DNA of 64,000 nucleotides from an uncultured delta proteobacterium. Its GTDB lineage: Bacteria > Desulfobacterota > Zymogenia > Zymogenales > Zymogenaceae. The DNA is taken from NCBI GenBank assembly GCA_963792965.1, contig CAWBYW010000013.1:64001-128000 (forward strand), read 5' to 3'. A program made the translations under genes and the position numbers. Positions 59,958 through 64,000 of this stretch are shown here, piece after piece. Every line of letters starts with the position of its first letter. The stretch's first letter is position 1. The notes beneath the pieces are model-generated. The model was not told the origin of the DNA, ran no database searches, and saw only the letters and a program-made list of their open reading frames with translations.

Positions 59958-60764
59958 ATGCACGAACGTGATATACTGAATATCTGGCAAGCCGTCGAAA
60001 AGATCAGGAAAGGGTCACCGGTCGTCCACAACATTACGAACTACGTGGTCATGAACAGCACGGCCAACGCCCTGCTGGCGATCGGCGCCTCTCCGGTGAT
60101 GGCCCATGCCGAGGAGGAGATGGTCGACATGGTGAACATCGCCTCCGCCCTCGTGATCAATATCGGCACCCTGAGCAGCGAGTGGGTCGCGTCTATGTTC
60201 ACGGCCGCCCGTCAGGCGACCAAGCGCGGCATTCCGGTGGTCCTTGATCCCGTCGGCGCCGGCGCAACCGCTTACCGGACACAGACCGCGCGCCAACTGA
60301 TAGAGGCGGCCAGGCCCGCCATTATCAGGGGGAACGCATCGGAAATCATGGCCGTCCACGAGGACACGAAGAAGACGAAAGGGGTGGACAGCACCAACGC
60401 CTCTCAGGACGCCCTTTCGGCCGCGGCCGCCATTCATCGGGCCAGCGGCGCCATCGTGTGCATCAGCGGTGAGACGGACTATATCGTCGGCGGTGAAAAA
60501 ACAGTTAAGGTCAACAACGGCCATCCCCTGATGGCCCGGGTGACGGGCATGGGTTGTACGGCGACGGCGCTCTGCGGGGCCTTTGCCGCGGTCAACGGCA
60601 ATTACGCCGAGGCGGCGGCCCAGGCCATGGCGGTGATGGGCATCGTTGGGGAAATGGCGGCCCATGATGCGGTCGGACCGGGAACGCTGCAGGTCAGGTT
60701 TATCGATCTCCTCTACACGCTGTCACGGGAGGATATCGAGCGCCGTCTTAAAGTGGAGTTTTGA
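59958..60764 (+). CDS. thiM: Hydroxyethylthiazole kinase
   Basis: HNITNYV, GASPVMA, NIGTL, LDPVGAGAT, RGNASEI, VTGMGC. Confidence 0.97.
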   Translation: MHERDILNIWQAVEKIRKGSPVVHNITNYVVMNSTANALLAIGASPVMAHAEEEMVDMVNIASALVINIGTLSSEWVASMFTAARQATKRGIPVVLDPVGAGATAYRTQTARQLIEAARPAIIRGNASEIMAVHEDTKKTKGVDSTNASQDALSAAAAIHRASGAIVCISGETDYIVGGEKTVKVNNGHPLMARVTGMGCTATALCGAFAAVNGNYAEAAAQAMAVMGIVGEMAAHDAVGPGTLQVRFIDLLYTLSREDIERRLKVEF

Positions 60765-60765
60765 T

Positions 60766-61395
60766 ATGCGAGGGTTGTATCTGGTCACCGACCGCAGATT
60801 GTGTGGCGATCGCTCGGTTGAGGACGTCGTGCTCGGGGCCGTGAAGGGAGGGGTCTCTTATGTTCAGCTGCGCGAAAAGGAGCTGTCGACACGGCGGTTC
60901 ATCGAGGAGGCGCACAAGATCAAGGAGCTTCTGATCCCCCTAAAGGTGCCCCTGATTATCAACGATCGGGTCGATGTCGTCCTGGCGGTCGGCGCGGACG
61001 GTGTCCATGTGGGGCAGGACGATATGCCCTACCAGATCGCCAGGGAACTACTCGGGCCGCATGCGATTATCGGCCTTTCCGTGGAAACGTGGGAGGACGT
61101 CCAGAGGGCCGAGGAGCTGGACGTTGACTACCTCGGCGTCAGCCCCGTATTCGAGACGCCGACCAAGACCGATACCAAGGGCGCCTGGGGCCTTGACGGT
61201 CTGGCAAGGATCAGGGCCTATTCACGGCACGAACTTGTGGCGATCGGCGGCCTGAACAAAGAAAACATTCCGGCCGTCGTCAAAGCGGGCGCCGACACCG
61301 TCGCCGTCGTCTCGGCGCTGTGCGCCGCTCCCGATCCGCCGGCCGCGGCGAGGGAGCTGGTGGGGGCCATCGAGGGTGGCATGCGGGAGAGGTAG
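60766..61395 (+). CDS. thiE: Thiamine-phosphate synthase
   Basis: LYLVTD, VQLREK, IINDRVD, GVHVGQDD, TPTK, AIGG. Confidence 0.97.
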   Translation: MRGLYLVTDRRLCGDRSVEDVVLGAVKGGVSYVQLREKELSTRRFIEEAHKIKELLIPLKVPLIINDRVDVVLAVGADGVHVGQDDMPYQIARELLGPHAIIGLSVETWEDVQRAEELDVDYLGVSPVFETPTKTDTKGAWGLDGLARIRAYSRHELVAIGGLNKENIPAVVKAGADTVAVVSALCAAPDPPAAARELVGAIEGGMRER

Positions 61396-61399
61396 TTTC

Positions 61400-62234
61400 G
61401 TGGCGCTGAAGGGAATCATCTTCGATTATTCGGGGACTCTGAGCCTCGGCGCAGTCCAGTTCGGCGAATCGAGACAGCTGTCGGAGGCGCTGCGGACCGC
61501 TGGCCTTGCCGATCTCGGGGTGACGACGCCGGCCGTCTTCTGGGATCAGATCGTAAATCCCACATGGGAAGAGGGGAGCACATCGGCGGTCGGATATAAG
61601 GAGGTCATGGCGCGGCGCCTTGTGGAGGTCTTCGGCCATGAGCCCTCGGCCGTCCGGGGCGCGGTATCGCACTTTGTCGACGCCTACTTCGCGGCGTCGG
61701 GAATCGAGCCGGTTTGGTGGCCGCTGTTGAAAACGCTGGCCGCCGATCCCTCCACAAAAACGATCATCGCCTCCGATCATTACGCCGAGGCGACCGACCT
61801 AATACGCGGTTACCTTGCCGGGATCGGGATATCGGCGGTGTCGGCAAAGGATGTCGGGCGGCAAACCCGGGGCGGTCCGTTCGTGATCGCCACGTCGGCC
61901 GATATAGGCTTCCATAAGTCAACACAGCGCTTCTGGGAGACGGTAAAGGGCGTGATCGCGCCCGCGACTGAAGAGGCTCGGAAGCCTCCTTATCGTGGAC
62001 GACTTCGGCGCAAACGAGCATGAGTACGACACGTACGCGGAAAAAGAAAAAGTCACCGCCCGCTGCCGGGAAACCGTTGAGGTCCTCGGGAAAGTCTTTG
62101 CCGTGGATGCGACGGCCTTTCCTTTCATCGTATCCGACAGGGGTCCCGACGGCGTTGTCGATGAGGTTGCTTTCGGCAGGCTGGTGACTGAAGCGTCCGA
62201 GCACGTGGCGCGATATCTTGTCGGGAAAGAGTGA
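61400..62234 (+). CDS. HAD-like protein, +1 frameshift near 61983
   Basis: IIFDYSGTL motif-I variant, IASD, SADIGFHK, shifted frame LLIVDD motif IV. Confidence 0.6.
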
Positions 62235-62393
62235 TACGGCGGCGGGGAGTCTGGTCTCCCCGGCGACTGATGAGCCGACGATGCAAAAGGTGCCTTCGAC
62301 CGAAGTCTCATCGACACCGCGGCTCGATATACCTCCCCTCGAAACCGAAGGGTTCCTCCCCCTCTGAGATGCTTCCCCACTTCCCTAGTTAAT

Positions 62394-62445
62394 TATTAGA
62401 AATTCTAATATTTCACTTGACTCTGTTTCATGTGCCACGTACAAT
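62394..62445 (+). promoter_or_regulatory. Palindrome plus sigma70 promoter
   Basis: TATTAGAA-A-TTCTAATA (62394-62410) followed by TTGACT(62417)-17 nt-TACAAT(62440). Confidence 0.6.
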
Positions 62446-62482
62446 TATGAGTGGCGTTGTAATAATCTATTGGAGGACATTG

Positions 62483-63391
62483 ATGATCAAGAAGGCCTTT
62501 CTTGCGGTTGTGCTTCTCCTGACGGTTCCATCGGTATGTGCCCTCGCGGGGAGGGGAGCGATACGATCGGGTCATGTAAGCTCATGCCCGAGCTTCGCTA
62601 CTCCTATTATGAGACTCCGATGAAAATCACGCACCTTCCTCTGGTTCCGAGCTGTATCTCGTATACTCAACCTGTTCGATGATTACAGGACGAAAGAGCA
62701 TGAGACGACGGTGCAGCTCAACTGGGGTCCCTTCGATAACCTCGACATCTATGCATTTGTCGGGGCCCGCCTTGCCTCGCGGATGGACTCCACGCTCCAG
62801 ATCGGACCGATGAAGCAGACAATCGTATTTGATCTCGGCAACGGCCTGCTGACCGGCGTCGGCGTGAAGGGGACCTTCTACCGGTCGCCGTCGGGCTTCT
62901 ACGTGGGAGGCGGGGCCTCTTTCGAATACGCGCAAACCAATAGGGATCTGCCCATCAAGATATATGTCTATAATGTCCTCGCGGTGGACACCCGGAGCGC
63001 CCCTGCATACAGCGAGAGGGACATGGCCGCCACGGCGGACCTTCACGCCGGGTGGTGCTTCGAGAAAGTCGGGTTGACCCCCTATGTCGGCGTCGAATAC
63101 CGGTGGAACAGGGAAGATTTCGATGCGCGCGCTTTCGGGTTTGGATATCCTCTCCTTGACCTTACCGCCCGGGAAAAACACCCGGTGGGCGTCTATGTTG
63201 GGGTCGATTACGCGATAAAGGATCGGCTCTTTGTGAACGTCGAGGGGCATATGGTAGACCGCTGGGGCGGCAGCCTCAGCATCGGCTACAAGTTCGACAT
63301 CTGCGGCAAGACGACGCCGGCGGTAGCCCCTGCCGTCGCACCGGCGCCCCCGGCTCCGGCACCCACGCTAACGCCGATGAGCCAGAACTAA
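62483..63391 (+). CDS. Outer-membrane beta-barrel protein with Pro/Ala tail, 5' part disrupted by compensating frameshifts
   Basis: Signal peptide MIKKAFLAVVLLL; alternating strands (TPYVGVEYRW, VGVYVGVDY, SIGYKF); PAVAPAVAPAPPAPAP tail. Confidence 0.7.
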
Positions 63392-63418
63392 ATAGGCTCT
63401 CATACGGCCTTTATGTAA

Positions 63419-63448
63419 GAGGGGCGGCATAAACCGCCCCTCGTTTTT
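63419..63448 (+). terminator. Intrinsic terminator
   Basis: GAGGGGCGG-CATAAA-CCGCCCCTC-GTTTTT. Confidence 0.8.
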
Positions 63449-63823
63449 CACGCTTCTTCGCAACCGCAACGAACTGCGCGCAACCGTGCCGGAAATCCCC
63501 ACTTCTTAGCCACACAACGCCCCTATGATCCATCTTTTCGATGGTGTTACCTCCGGCAGACACGTCGAATTCATTTAGGTCTGCTCTTATCTCTCTGAAG
63601 CTGCACGCAGCATAAATATGATATAGATTCTTGTTCCGCCCACTTCATCATACGCCTCGGACGGCCCGACTAATTGTCGCGGATTTCCGGCGGCCTCCGG
63701 CGGCGATCGGTAGATGGGCTTCTCGGTCCCGAAACATGGAAGGCCCTCTCCGCCTGCCTGAGTGATGTAAATCAGGAGGTCGGTCGGCACCTTTGAGAGT
63801 ATCCAAAATTTTTCCGGGAGGCC

Positions 63824-63851
63824 TTGACATCCATGCAAAGTATACTACAAT
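63824..63851 (+). promoter_or_regulatory. Sigma70 promoter
   Basis: TTGACA-16 nt-TACAAT. Confidence 0.55.
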
Positions 63852-63915
63852 TATTAGAGGAAACTTATGAAGAAATTTATTGTATGTCAGTTAACCCGGA
63901 GGGAGGGGATTTTTT

Positions 63916-64000
63916 ATGAAAAAGTATGTTTTTTTGTTCTTGGTCTTGCTCATCGGGGTTCAGGCATTCGCCATAGAGTGGGAGGATCCTACATTCACGA
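63916..64000 (+). CDS. Secreted protein, 5' partial
   Basis: GGAGG RBS; MKKYVFLFLVLLIGVQAFA-IEWEDPTF signal peptide runs off the window. Confidence 0.7.
   Translation, partial: MKKYVFLFLVLLIGVQAFAIEWEDPTFT

Noticed and set aside
62621-62623. In-frame TGA in the OMP start frame, possible selenocysteine
   Set aside because: No redox motif or SECIS; the alternative frame (DTIGSCKLMPELRYSYYE) looks like the real strand, so two compensating indels fit better

Overview
GC-rich bacterial window, probably from an anaerobe of the Desulfobacterota/deltaproteobacterial type (inferred from gene content only). 1-10.8 kb: redox, metal and oxidative-stress cluster. It holds a molybdopterin oxidoreductase, CopZ, SUF-minimal smsCB, an ISF-ArsC fusion, a rubredoxin and a selenocysteine glutaredoxin (UPYC, with a SECIS-like hairpin) that the ORF track both misses, a Grx-TrxR fusion, sfsA, tpx, a Tat-Rieske protein and two ferritin-like genes. 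10.9-25.6 kb: acyl-CoA ligase, azlCD behind a structured terminator-bearing leader, CAAX protease, an AT-richer CoA-transferase III, corA, TetR plus two acyl-CoA dehydrogenases, sulfatase, V4R and a LarA-family gene. 25.8-45 kb: an orphan wzx, tandem acyltransferase-hydrolase fusions with reciprocal active-site loss, purA, serA, a class V aminotransferase, GH13, two Tat-DUF362 genes with a polyferredoxin, and a double beta-barrel. 45.3-59.5 kb: Wzm/Wzt glycan locus containing two radical SAM genes that share an unrecognised N-terminal domain, plus a BKACE-family enzyme next to a hexapeptide acyltransferase. 59.8-64 kb: thiM-thiE-HAD behind a structured leader lacking the TPP-riboswitch consensus, then an outer-membrane protein. 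Six genes carry single-base frameshifts, almost all +1, which most likely are read errors. No rRNA, tRNA, CRISPR array or transposase was seen. All family calls come from motif recognition by eye; no database search was run.
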